Shown in pieces: positions 48,325-58,008 of a stretch of 64,000 bases of DNA. This stretch comes from Candidatus Latescibacterota bacterium. GTDB lineage: Bacteria > Latescibacterota > UBA2968 > GCA-2709665. Each line of letters opens with the position of its first letter. Position 1 is the first letter of the stretch. Position numbers and translations under genes: made by a program. The stretch is from NCBI GenBank assembly GCA_963662665.2, contig CAXXJS010000010.1:160001-224000 (forward strand). Direction: 5' to 3'. The notes beneath the pieces were generated by a model. The model saw only the letters and a program-made list of their open reading frames with translations, was not told where the DNA came from and searched no databases.

Positions 48325-50568
48325 ATGAAAATCCCATCGAGAGAAATTACGGTTGCGAATCGATTCATTTATTACTACGCCAACTTCGTGGAACGATTCT
48401 ACGGCTACGTCATGCGACGGGACGGTCGCAACGTCGCCGGCGAACACTACGTGGGGCGCTTGAAAGAATCAGCGCTATCGACGCGCTCCCGGCCCGGAAG
48501 GAAAACGTCCCATCCGGCGATTCGCCGCAGGTTACGGGAGCGACCTCTTCAGGTAACGCCTTCAGGTCGGAAAACCATCGCCGAGGCCGTACGTGGTGAA
48601 ATTGTACTGTTTCTGTATCGGAAGCGTCTGATGCTGGGATACTATTCACATCCGCTCTGGGGAAAACGCATCTGTATCGCCGCGGAGGACGGCAGGCGCC
48701 TGGTAATTCGAAGAAGATCCCTGGTCTACCTTACCGGGGTCGGTGTAAATGGCAATCGCGACTTCCTCCGAACCTACGAAGCGTCGGTACGCACGCTGGC
48801 AAAACACATCGACCTCGAGGAAATCTGGCATGTCCTTAGAGACGACCAGCCTGTTTACCAGATCTCTGACATCGGCGCGCTCCTTTGGGGCGACGACCCG
48901 GACCCCTCGCGTTGGCTTGCCCTTTACATCCACCTGGATGCCGCCTGCCCATACTTCGTACGGTCCCGAACGGACACCTGTCGTCCCCTCGAATCAGATG
49001 AAGTGAAGAACCGAATGAACCATCTCGCCGGGAATGAGACGCTGACTCACGAGCTGGCGGAATTTCTCTACTGGCTGGGGGACGACGAGGAGCCCTACGA
49101 TCCGAAGTCGCTCACGGGCAGGCAGCGCGACTGGCTCGAACAGATCAGGGGATACGCCCTTTGGGGAATCGAAGCGGACCGCGGCGGGCGCGCCCGGGAA
49201 ATGCTCCGTCAACTGGATACTGCGAAAGGCGACCGTCGGCGGTATGCGTTTGAGTTGATGGTCAGGAAACGCATTTGGGATCCCGATGAGGACCTGGATC
49301 TCCTCCGGGCGGATCTCTCGCCCGATTTCACGGCCGAAGTCCTGAGTGAGGCCGACGGAATCGATCTGGCGGGGATCCTGAAAGGCCGGCGAAGACTCCG
49401 TCGCGGGTTCTTCTCCATACAGACGCCAGCCGGAGACCAACCCGAACTCGCCTTCTCGCTCAAGCGCCGGTGGCGAGGCGGATACGAACTCGGCGTACAC
49501 ATCCCTGACGTTACCGCGTATGTACCGACGGAAACCGCGCTGGACAGGGCTGCGTCCGATCGGCTGGCGACACTGCAACTTCCCGACCTCACGCTTCCGA
49601 TGCTGCCGCCACGCCTGACAGACGACATCGGGCGGTTCAAAGTGGATAGACGGCGACCCGCGGTAAGCCTGCTCTGGATACTCGATCGGAATCTGAACCT
49701 CGGGGACCTGCGCGTTGTACTTTCGTCGATCAAACTGCGAAAACGTCTGACTGCCGGGGAAACGGAGGCAATCGACACGGGGGAACATCACAGGCTTTCC
49801 GGACCCCTGCGGATTCTGGGCAGTCTGACGCGTTCCCTCCGTGAACAACGCGAACGCCGCGGGGCAATTGAGAATTTCGGCCAGATACGGGTCAAGACCG
49901 GAAACGGCGGGATCGTCGTCCAACAGACGGACCCCGCCGACCCCGGAGCCGGCATTCATCACGAGCTGGCGCTTCTTGCCGCCGTTGAACTGGGAAGGTG
50001 GTGCGCGCACCGCAACATCCCTGCCATTTACCTGACCCAGGACGCGGTCCTGAACCGGCTCGAATTGGATAAAATCCACCATCCGATTGTTCGCCGGCAC
50101 GAAATCCGTCGCAAGACGCCGTATCCGACATACAGCGCCGAGCCCGATGACCACCACGGATACGGGATTCGCGCGTGCTGCGCGGCCGTCGCGCCGTGCG
50201 ATCGTTATACGGACCTGATGGTTCAGAGACAGATCGTCCATTATCTGAGAGTTGGCGCTCCACTGTACACAGCCGGTGAACTCGACGCCGTCCGCTACCG
50301 CGCCCGGGAAGAATACGTGCGCCATGCCGACCTGCGCCGCCGCCGTGAGCATTTCCTCGTCCTTAACCAGCTTGAGACGTTAAAAAATCGGACGCTTTCC
50401 GCCATTGTGCTTCATTCAGGGCGCGACGGCGCACTGATTGAACTTGAGGAATTCCCTATCAAGACCCGGGTCCAAGCACCCCGATCCGTAAGAGCGGGAG
50501 ACACGCTCAAACTTCGCGTTACCGGCGTCGACCGCTGGCGGCGCGACCCCCATTTTCTTGTATTGTAG
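48325..50568 (+). CDS. RNase II/RNB-family protein with degenerate active site
   Basis: VHIPDV, LPMLP, RRPAVS, RYTDLMVQRQI, C-terminal S1-like region; start uncertain. Confidence 0.8.
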   Translation: MKIPSREITVANRFIYYYANFVERFYGYVMRRDGRNVAGEHYVGRLKESALSTRSRPGRKTSHPAIRRRLRERPLQVTPSGRKTIAEAVRGEIVLFLYRKRLMLGYYSHPLWGKRICIAAEDGRRLVIRRRSLVYLTGVGVNGNRDFLRTYEASVRTLAKHIDLEEIWHVLRDDQPVYQISDIGALLWGDDPDPSRWLALYIHLDAACPYFVRSRTDTCRPLESDEVKNRMNHLAGNETLTHELAEFLYWLGDDEEPYDPKSLTGRQRDWLEQIRGYALWGIEADRGGRAREMLRQLDTAKGDRRRYAFELMVRKRIWDPDEDLDLLRADLSPDFTAEVLSEADGIDLAGILKGRRRLRRGFFSIQTPAGDQPELAFSLKRRWRGGYELGVHIPDVTAYVPTETALDRAASDRLATLQLPDLTLPMLPPRLTDDIGRFKVDRRRPAVSLLWILDRNLNLGDLRVVLSSIKLRKRLTAGETEAIDTGEHHRLSGPLRILGSLTRSLREQRERRGAIENFGQIRVKTGNGGIVVQQTDPADPGAGIHHELALLAAVELGRWCAHRNIPAIYLTQDAVLNRLELDKIHHPIVRRHEIRRKTPYPTYSAEPDDHHGYGIRACCAAVAPCDRYTDLMVQRQIVHYLRVGAPLYTAGELDAVRYRAREEYVRHADLRRRREHFLVLNQLETLKNRTLSAIVLHSGRDGALIELEEFPIKTRVQAPRSVRAGDTLKLRVTGVDRWRRDPHFLVL

Positions 50569-50646
50569 ACGACCCGGACGCCGCGGACGTGAAACTGCAG
50601 CCCCCGGCCGGCAGGGCAGCCTCACGCACCACGACAGGAGACCCCG

Positions 50647-52212
50647 ATGAACGATGACACAGCATTGATCTCACACTGGAAACTGGACGGCGACTGCCGG
50701 GACCACGCAGGCGTCAACCACGGAGAGAATCACGGCGTTGCCTTTTCACCCGACGGCGCCCGGTTCAACGGCCGAGGCGCCCATATCCGGGTGCCCTCCA
50801 CACGTTCGCTCAACTTCGGCGTCGATGATTTCACCATATCGGTACACGTGCATACCGACGAAATCCTGGACGACGTGCCGGGAGACATCCTCAGCAAATA
50901 CGACCCCGACTCCCGCACGGGCCTTAACTTCGGACTGGCGAACAGCGCGGGCGTCACGGCGGCGCAATCCAACTACCGCCACCTCCAATTCGGCATTGAC
51001 AGCGGCCATCCGGGCGAATGGATCGACTGCGGTCGCCCCGGCAACAACCTGCGCGTCTACTCGCTCTGCGTCTACGACGGCGACCTCTACGCGGGTACGT
51101 TCGAAACCGGCGCGAACGAGTCCGGCGGCGTCTACCGGTACGACGGGACCGCCGGATGGATCGATTGCGGGCACCCGGACATGTGCAATACCATGGCATC
51201 GCTCTGTGTTTTCGATGGAACCTTATACGCGGGATCCTCCCGCTACAAGGCCGGTGGTTCCGCCCTTCCGGAATCCGAAAACCAGAATCCGGGCGGAAAC
51301 ATGTTCAGGTACGAAGGCGGTTCCCGCTGGACGCCCGTAGGCCGGCTGGAGGGCGCGGATTCCTGCGCCGGAATGGCCGTCTACAGGGGACGGCTCTATG
51401 CCATCCCGCTCTACAGCCAGGGCGTATTCCGCTACGACGGCGGTGACGCCTGGACTTACTGCGGCACCCCGGGTAGACGCATGATGTCACTGGGGGTATT
51501 CAACGGCCATCTCTACGGCGCCGGAAACGAAGGAGAGGCAGCCGGCGGCGTGTTCCGCTACGACGGCGGAACCGGGTGGGCGCATGCGGGCGGTCAGGAG
51601 GGCGTGACGCAGGTCTATTCGTTCGCCGCCCACAACGGCAGACTCCACGTGGGCACCTGGCCCCAGGGCAAGGTCTTCCGGGACGACGGTGAAGACCCAT
51701 GGACGTGCGCCGGACGCCTGGGCGAGGAACTGGAAGTCATGGCGATGGCCGTTTACAACGGCAAACTCTACGCCGGCACCCTGCCCCTGGGCCAGGTCTA
51801 TCGGTACGACGGGGGTGACACCTGGACCCTCACGGGCCAGCTCGACACAACCCCCGACGTGAAATACCGCCGTGTCTGGTCCATGGCCGTTTACCGGGGG
51901 AAACTGTTCGGCGGCACGTTGCCGTCCGGCCGCGTCTACGCAATGGAGGCCGGCGCCAACGTGAGCCACGACCGCGAACTCGCGGCCGGGTGGCGTCATC
52001 TCGTGGCGGTTCGCCATAGCAACCGCCTCCTGCTCTACGTCGACGGCAAACAGGTTTCCGCGTCGTCGGCCTTCAATTCCTCCGAATTCGACATCGCGAA
52101 CGACGTGCCCCTCAAGATCGGCGACGGCGGCGTCGACACCTTCAACGGGCGGCTCAGGGATCTTCGTCTTTATGGCCGCGCCCTTTCGGGGGCGGAAATC
52201 GCGGACCTGTAG
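50647..52212 (+). CDS. LamG-like jelly-roll protein with inserted beta-propeller
   Basis: HWKLDG...FTIS N-half and WRHLVAV...LYVDG...FNGRLRDLRLYGRALS C-half flank about 7 AVYxGxLY..G.VYRYDG...W repeats. Confidence 0.85.
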   Translation: MNDDTALISHWKLDGDCRDHAGVNHGENHGVAFSPDGARFNGRGAHIRVPSTRSLNFGVDDFTISVHVHTDEILDDVPGDILSKYDPDSRTGLNFGLANSAGVTAAQSNYRHLQFGIDSGHPGEWIDCGRPGNNLRVYSLCVYDGDLYAGTFETGANESGGVYRYDGTAGWIDCGHPDMCNTMASLCVFDGTLYAGSSRYKAGGSALPESENQNPGGNMFRYEGGSRWTPVGRLEGADSCAGMAVYRGRLYAIPLYSQGVFRYDGGDAWTYCGTPGRRMMSLGVFNGHLYGAGNEGEAAGGVFRYDGGTGWAHAGGQEGVTQVYSFAAHNGRLHVGTWPQGKVFRDDGEDPWTCAGRLGEELEVMAMAVYNGKLYAGTLPLGQVYRYDGGDTWTLTGQLDTTPDVKYRRVWSMAVYRGKLFGGTLPSGRVYAMEAGANVSHDRELAAGWRHLVAVRHSNRLLLYVDGKQVSASSAFNSSEFDIANDVPLKIGDGGVDTFNGRLRDLRLYGRALSGAEIADL

Positions 52213-52311
52213 AACCTGCGATCAAGAGTTCATTTTCAACAGCAGCCTCAATGGGACACCGCCCGCAGTCAGAAATCAAAACCAAACCCCTACACGTCCC
52301 GGAGGACACCG

Positions 52312-53638
52312 ATGCTCAAGGCAGGCGCATCAAAAGTCAACATTACACCATTTCTGGGCGGGCCGATGGCCGGTTACGGGGCACGCGACCGCGGCAGTGA
52401 GAGCATCCACGATGAACTCTATGCCAAAGCCCTTGTGCTGGACGACGGCAAAACCGCGGTCGCGATGATTACTACCGACCTCATCGGCATTGATCGGGAT
52501 TTTTCGAAAAACGTCCGTGCGCTTGTCGAAGAAAGGGTCGGATTGCCTTCGGACCGGGTTTGGCTGTGCGGGTCTCACACCCATTTCGGGCCGTCCGTGA
52601 GTCCGGGCCGGACGAACGAAAGTAATGTCGATCCCATTGACCGGGCCTATGCGGACGTCCTGGCGGCAAAGCTGTCCACCGCCGTACAGTTGGCCCATAG
52701 CCGGTTGCGTCCGGCCCGCCTGGGTGCCGGCGCAACCCGCGCCGAAGGCATCAGCTACAACCGACGGCTCATCCGCCACGACGGCAAGGTGGAAATGAGC
52801 CTCACGCTGCCGCCGCCTTACGAGGGCTTGAAGTTCGGCCCGATGGATCCCGAGGTGGGCCTCTTGAAAATAGATGGGGCAGACGACGGCGACATCATCG
52901 CCTCGCTCGTCAACTTTGCCTGCCATCCCGTCTCCAGCACCGACCGCATGTATGAATTCACCGCCGACTACCCTGGTTACGCCATGGACCTGATCGAGTC
53001 CGTGGAAGGCGGCATCTGCCTGTTCGCCCTCGGCTGCGCGGGCAATATAGTTCCGATACAACGGCAGGGCCGGTCGAAACGCCAGGTGGGCCTGTCGCTG
53101 GGCGGATCCGCGCTCAATGCACTCCAGTGGATTCGGACGAGCGGCCAGGTCCGCATACGCGCCGCCAGAAAGTCGATCGAATTGCCACTGCGCAGGTTTC
53201 CGGCAACCACGCGAATGGAGCAGCAGATTACAGACGCGGAAGCCGCGCTGGACAGTGCCGTGGAGAGGAAGGCGCCATCACGAGAAATAACCGAAAGCCG
53301 GGAAGCCCTGGGCCTGGCCAGAAGTCTGCCCGGCTGGGCCGAACGCTTCGGACGACGCAAGACCCGAACCACGGAAATCCAGGTGTTCTGGCTCGGCGAT
53401 TTCCCGATCATCGGGCTCCCGGGGGAAGTCTTTGTCGAACTCGGACTCCGGATCAAGAAGGCCGTGGACGCCTTCCCGGTTCTGGTGGTAAGTCTCAGCA
53501 ACGACAGCGCGGGGGTACATACCGATCCGCCGCGCATACCGGCAGGGAGGGTATGAATCCAACGTGTCGGCCTTCGCCCCCGGTTGCGGCGAACACCTCG
53601 TCAGAGAAGCCCTGGACCTGGCCGAATCGATACGTTAA
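52312..53638 (+). CDS. neutral/alkaline ceramidase-like hydrolase, frameshifted near the C-terminus
   Basis: HDELYAKAL, GSHTHFGP, NFACHP, ADYPG, PGEVF; removing one G at 53511-53515 restores GYIP...GGYE and a stop at 53638. Confidence 0.85.
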
Positions 53639-53665
53639 CCTTTCTTGTTTTTCCGATGGAATTTA

Positions 53666-53692
53666 CATGGATGGACAGGATGCACAGGATAA
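53666..53692 (+). repeat. degenerate nonamer tandem repeat
   Basis: CATGGATGG ACAGGATGC ACAGGATAA. Confidence 0.5.
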
Positions 53693-53937
53693 GTACCCAC
53701 GGGCCGGAATACTTCCTCTTCCGGGTTGCAGCGATAAATCCGTCCACCATCGTCCGCGCAACATTGCGATAACCAGCACAATTGCAAGTGTTCAACGTCT
53801 GTCGTTTGTTTATACGCTACGATCGTTGAAAAACTACCGATTAACATCAGATCCACCGGTTCTCGTAAATCATTGAAACCTAGCGATCGAACCACCAACC
53901 TGCGCCATGGGGCGGGGCTCACGATAGGTCTACGCTT

Positions 53938-55242
53938 ATGTCGATACTTACGTGTCTGTTATTCTTGGTTATGTTCCTTTACTTCGCCAGAACCCGTGCG
54001 GCCGCCGCCGAGGTTACGCTTGCGGCCGGCACGGCCAGGGCCGACATCACACCCGATCCCGCGATGGTGAACTGGGTGGATGGCAGACCCTATGACGGCG
54101 TTCTGGATCGCCTCACCCTGCGCGGACTCGTTCTTTCGGACGGATCCACAGAATTCGCTTTGATTTGCTGGGATCTCATCGACGCGACGGAGGAATGCGT
54201 CGTCGACGTACGGCGGGCGGTTCGCGGCGCAACGGGCATCCCGGAAACGCACATCCTCGTGGCCGCCTCGCACACCCACTCGTCGCCCCGTTCCCCATAT
54301 GCCGCAACCACGTTTCCCGGACGCAGGAGCGAACGGCTGAGAGCCATACTGGACGATCCCGTCTTCCAGGCCTGGAGCCGGCGCCTCCCCGAACAATGCA
54401 CGGATGTCCTGAAACGTGCGCAGGAACGCCGGCAGACCGTCACATTGAACATCGGCCGTGCGAATGTCTCAGAATGGCTATTCAACCGGCGGCCACTCGA
54501 TCCGAACGGCAACGCGGTTACGATGTTTAAACCGGAAGATCCGCGTACGTTGCCGGGCGGCCTGCGTTTCGGTTCGCTGGATCCGACCCTTACGGTCCTG
54601 ACCCTCACAGGCGCGGACAACACGAATGTTGCGACTGTTTACAGCGCGCCCTGCCACCCCGTCTCCATCTATCCCTATCACCGCGGGGTTTCGGCAGATT
54701 GGCCGGGACCGGCCAGTGAACGGATTTCGGAAGTCCTGGGCGGCGAAACCTTCTTTCTGCAGGGCTGCTCGGGAGACATCGTCCCCGCCAGCCGAGGTGA
54801 AGGAGCGCGCAAGGAAATGGCCCGTTTCTTCGCGGAACGGGCCATTGCGGCGGCACGGCGGTCCCACCGCCTGCCCTCGTCGCCTCTGACGGTAGCAACA
54901 GGGATTGTCGGCCTGCCGCTCGTACCCGAAGCGCGAAGGGTGGCCGGCGCCGACGTCCGACCGGTCGAAATCCAGGCGGCTGTTTGCGGGCCGTTCGGCC
55001 TCGCCGTACTGCCCGGCGAACCCCTCAACGGGCTCGCGCGGGAGATTCAGGCGCGCTCACCCCTCCCGCACACGCTTGTTATCGGCTACGCCAATGGCCG
55101 CGGGGTGAGTTACGTTGGTCTTCCCGGAGAAAAAGCCAGAGGCGGATACGAAGCAGGCGCGGGCCAGGGTACCGAAGAAGCCGGCGACTTTATGATTCAG
55201 ACCGCCCTTCGGCTTCTGGGGGAACAGGTCGAAGACATCTAA
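53938..55242 (+). CDS. neutral/alkaline ceramidase-like hydrolase (second paralog)
   Basis: AGTARADITP, ASHTHSSP, FNRR, CHP, SADWPG, LPGEP, GGYE. Confidence 0.85.
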   Translation: MSILTCLLFLVMFLYFARTRAAAAEVTLAAGTARADITPDPAMVNWVDGRPYDGVLDRLTLRGLVLSDGSTEFALICWDLIDATEECVVDVRRAVRGATGIPETHILVAASHTHSSPRSPYAATTFPGRRSERLRAILDDPVFQAWSRRLPEQCTDVLKRAQERRQTVTLNIGRANVSEWLFNRRPLDPNGNAVTMFKPEDPRTLPGGLRFGSLDPTLTVLTLTGADNTNVATVYSAPCHPVSIYPYHRGVSADWPGPASERISEVLGGETFFLQGCSGDIVPASRGEGARKEMARFFAERAIAAARRSHRLPSSPLTVATGIVGLPLVPEARRVAGADVRPVEIQAAVCGPFGLAVLPGEPLNGLAREIQARSPLPHTLVIGYANGRGVSYVGLPGEKARGGYEAGAGQGTEEAGDFMIQTALRLLGEQVEDI

Positions 55243-55371
55243 ACGGAACAAACGTCCAACCCTGAAGTCTACGACTGACCGTGACCTGGCAGGTCGCCTG
55301 TTGGCGGGCAAGCACCCTTAGGAACTACACTCCGGGGTTTCACGCGCTTTACCTCTCCCAACGCCATCACC

Positions 55372-55571
55372 CACCTACCCCCTTTCCCCCGTCTTGAGGA
55401 AGGGGGAAACTGTGATCGCTTGATGTACGCCTGCTTTTCTCCCCCTCTCCCCGGGGAGAGGGGGCCGGGGGGTGAGGTCCGCGCCCTTCGCGTTCGTCCA
55501 CACAACAGTGCTGACGTCAACTGATTCGGTTTTTGGTTTTGGCTGACAACTGACCATTGACAACTGAAAGC
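55372..55571 (-). repeat. composite heptamer array plus REP-like hairpin element, copy B
   Basis: CCCCCTCTCCCCGGGGAGAGGGGGCCGGGGGGTGAGGTC and TGACAAC TGACCAT TGACAAC TGAAAGC; inverted homolog of 30287-30506. Confidence 0.7.
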
Positions 55572-55574
55572 CCT

Positions 55575-55733
55575 TTATTCCTTTTCATCTTCGATTCGAT
55601 GTTGTCGATCGATGGATTCGAAAAGGGATCTGATGTCGAAAAAGCCGCCGATGCCCACAACAACGGCGACGATTGCGAAGATGAAAAGCCCGATCAGGAG
55701 CACGACGCCCCAGAAAGGAACCCAGAATGCCAT
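55575..55733 (-). CDS. small membrane protein (52 aa) coupled to the SSS transporter
   Basis: MAFWVPFWGVVLLIGLFIFAIVAVVVGIGGFFDIRSLF...; AGGAGGAG RBS; 3 nt after the symporter stop; not in the ORF track. Confidence 0.8.
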   Translation of the reverse strand: MAFWVPFWGVVLLIGLFIFAIVAVVVGIGGFFDIRSLFESIDRQHRIEDEKE

Positions 55734-55736
55734 GGA

Positions 55737-57284
55737 TCACTCCTCCTTTTCACGCCGAGACCGATCGGGAAACAGAAGAGAACCGAGAACCATAAGGCCC
55801 ATCGCCAGAACGGTTGCGCCGAGACCGATATGTGCGCCGGTGAAGGCGCCCAGACCCAGGGCCCTTTTCACGGGCGTCAGGCCGGTAACGGCAGCGGCTC
55901 CGGCAACAAGGGCGAGGTACGCACCGGCGGTGCTGGCGCGCTTCCAGTAGAGCCCGGTGAGGAGTAAGGCGAATGCGCCGGTGAAATAGATGGCGCCGCT
56001 GACCAGCATATAATCCCACAGGTCCTGGCCAAGCTCGTACCACAGTCCCCAGACGAGCAGAAAGGCGCCGATGAGAAATATGAAGATCCGGGACAGGGTC
56101 AGGCGTGCACGGGTGGAGAGGGTGTCGCCGGTGGCGGGTGCGACTACGTCGTGGGTGAGTACCGAGGACCAGCACAGCAGATAGCTGTCGTGCGTGGACA
56201 TGAACGCGGCAAGCAGTCCCGCGCCGATAAGGCCGATGAGACCGGCAGGAAGAATCTGGCTGAGGAAAACGGGCATGGCCAGAAGGGTGAGATCCGCATT
56301 CCCCGTGGGTACGCCTGCGGCTGAAAAAAAGACCGCACGGGTCACCTCGTTCTGGTAGAGGTAGACAAAGGCGCAGATGCCCAGAAACTGCGGCACCATG
56401 AATCGAACGAGGAAGCCGATGGCAGACCAGGCGTAGAGTTTTTTCACCACGGCCGGGCTTTCGGCGGCGCAAGCCCTCATAACAGCGGTCTGCCAGACCG
56501 CGCATGATACAATCCCGGCGGTAAAGATCATCCAGACGACGTACGAGGGTCCGAACCCGCCGCCTTCATGCAGCGGATTGAAGCCGGCCTCCCCGTGAAG
56601 GGTCGCTACCGTGTCGACGATTACCGACCATCCGAGCCTGTCTACGGCGATACCGCAGGTGAGAATGACACCCACAGACAACACGATAAACTGGATATAA
56701 TCGGTGATGACAACCGAAACCATGCCCCCGAGAATGGTATAACTCAGAACAAGCAGGAGCATTACGGTCATAATAATGGCAACGGACGTGGGATTCGTGA
56801 TACCGGTGAGACCGGCGACAAAGATCGCGCCCGCTTTCAGGAACAGACCCATATTGAGGATGCCCGAAAGGGCGAGCAGAAGGCCGCCGAAGATGCGGAC
56901 GCCCCGGCTGAACCGCTTTTCGTAGAATTCCGGAATCGTCATCACGCCCAGTTCGCGCAGCGGAACCACGATAAATCCGGTGAGGCCGATGATCAGGGTG
57001 ACAATGCCTGCGATAAGGCCGATGTGAAAGGCGGCGAATCCACCCGTGAAGCCCTTCTGGGCGGAATACATGACGGTCACGAGCCCGAGTTCGCTGCCGA
57101 TCATGGTTGCAACGGCGAGGTAGGGCTTGAGCGAACGGCCGGCGACAATATAGTCGCTCATGTTGCGGATGTACCTGTTGGCATAGAGGCCGATCGCGAC
57201 GGTGCCGAGCATGTACAGACCAACAATTGCCCAATCAACGGCGCCGAAGTTCGAACTGATCCGCGAAACGAGATCGGACGTCAT
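55737..57284 (-). CDS. sodium:solute symporter (SSS)
   Basis: DYIVAGR, TIPEFYEKRF, YTILGGMVSVVITDYIQ, LAAFMSTHDS. Confidence 0.93.
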   Translation of the reverse strand: MTSDLVSRISSNFGAVDWAIVGLYMLGTVAIGLYANRYIRNMSDYIVAGRSLKPYLAVATMIGSELGLVTVMYSAQKGFTGGFAAFHIGLIAGIVTLIIGLTGFIVVPLRELGVMTIPEFYEKRFSRGVRIFGGLLLALSGILNMGLFLKAGAIFVAGLTGITNPTSVAIIMTVMLLLVLSYTILGGMVSVVITDYIQFIVLSVGVILTCGIAVDRLGWSVIVDTVATLHGEAGFNPLHEGGGFGPSYVVWMIFTAGIVSCAVWQTAVMRACAAESPAVVKKLYAWSAIGFLVRFMVPQFLGICAFVYLYQNEVTRAVFFSAAGVPTGNADLTLLAMPVFLSQILPAGLIGLIGAGLLAAFMSTHDSYLLCWSSVLTHDVVAPATGDTLSTRARLTLSRIFIFLIGAFLLVWGLWYELGQDLWDYMLVSGAIYFTGAFALLLTGLYWKRASTAGAYLALVAGAAAVTGLTPVKRALGLGAFTGAHIGLGATVLAMGLMVLGSLLFPDRSRREKEE

Positions 57285-57305
57285 AGGCGATACCGGGAGT
57301 TAAAC

Positions 57306-57338
57306 AGAAAAGCACCCAGCCATGCCGGGTGCTTTTCT
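57306..57338. terminator. bidirectional intrinsic terminator-like hairpin
   Basis: AGAAAAGCACCC-9 nt-GGGTGCTTTTCT. Confidence 0.7.
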
Positions 57339-57340
57339 TG

Positions 57341-57958
57341 TTAGGGCCAGGTGGGGCGTTCCATCGAAAAGGATTCGGTGACGCATGCGTAGTCCAGGTA
57401 CCCGAGTCGCCCGACCGGTCTCAAAGCTACCGTGTCGACGTGGCCATCCTTAATAGCCCGGTCGGCAATGTGGATGCCGACAACCTGACCGAAGACAACC
57501 GTGTTCGGATCGTCCGGATTGTCCGTTGGCAGGTCCACGGTGCGGGTATGGATACATTCCAGATGCACCGGGCTTTCCGCCACACGCGGGGGCTTCACAA
57601 GCAATGAAGGCGCCTGGGTGACGCCCGCGTATTCGAATTCGTTGACGTTCGCTGGTGCGGGCACGGCGGTCGCGTTCATCTGTGTTCGAAGTTCCCACGT
57701 GGCAAGGTTTACCACGAATTCGCCGGTTTCCTGCGCGTTCTTTATGGAATCCTTTAATCCGCCGTGGGTGTGTGTGGTTGTGGCGGCAAACATGACCTGC
57801 GGCGGGGTATAGGCCACGGCGTTGAAAAACGAGTATGGGGCCAGGTTGATCGTTCCCTGCGCGTCTATCGACGAAATCCATCCTATCGGTCTTGGTACAA
57901 CGATGGCGTTGAAGGGATCGCGGCGCAGCCCGTGGCCTTCCGACGTCCTGTAGAACAT
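57341..57958 (-). CDS. flavin reductase family (DIM6/NTAB)
   Basis: VPRPIGWISS, NLAPYSFFN, KDS..N..ETGEFVVN, GRLGY. Confidence 0.92.
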   Translation of the reverse strand: MFYRTSEGHGLRRDPFNAIVVPRPIGWISSIDAQGTINLAPYSFFNAVAYTPPQVMFAATTTHTHGGLKDSIKNAQETGEFVVNLATWELRTQMNATAVPAPANVNEFEYAGVTQAPSLLVKPPRVAESPVHLECIHTRTVDLPTDNPDDPNTVVFGQVVGIHIADRAIKDGHVDTVALRPVGRLGYLDYACVTESFSMERPTWP

Positions 57959-58008
57959 GCTTGTGGTCTCTCATTCCGGAGGTTAACCCACTTTCCTTCC
58001 AGCAGGGC

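Noticed and set aside
52230-53836. IS-end-like motifs TTTTCAACAGC and CGTTGAAAAAC around the first ceramidase-like gene
   Set aside because: Short, oriented inside-out, with no transposase or target duplication.
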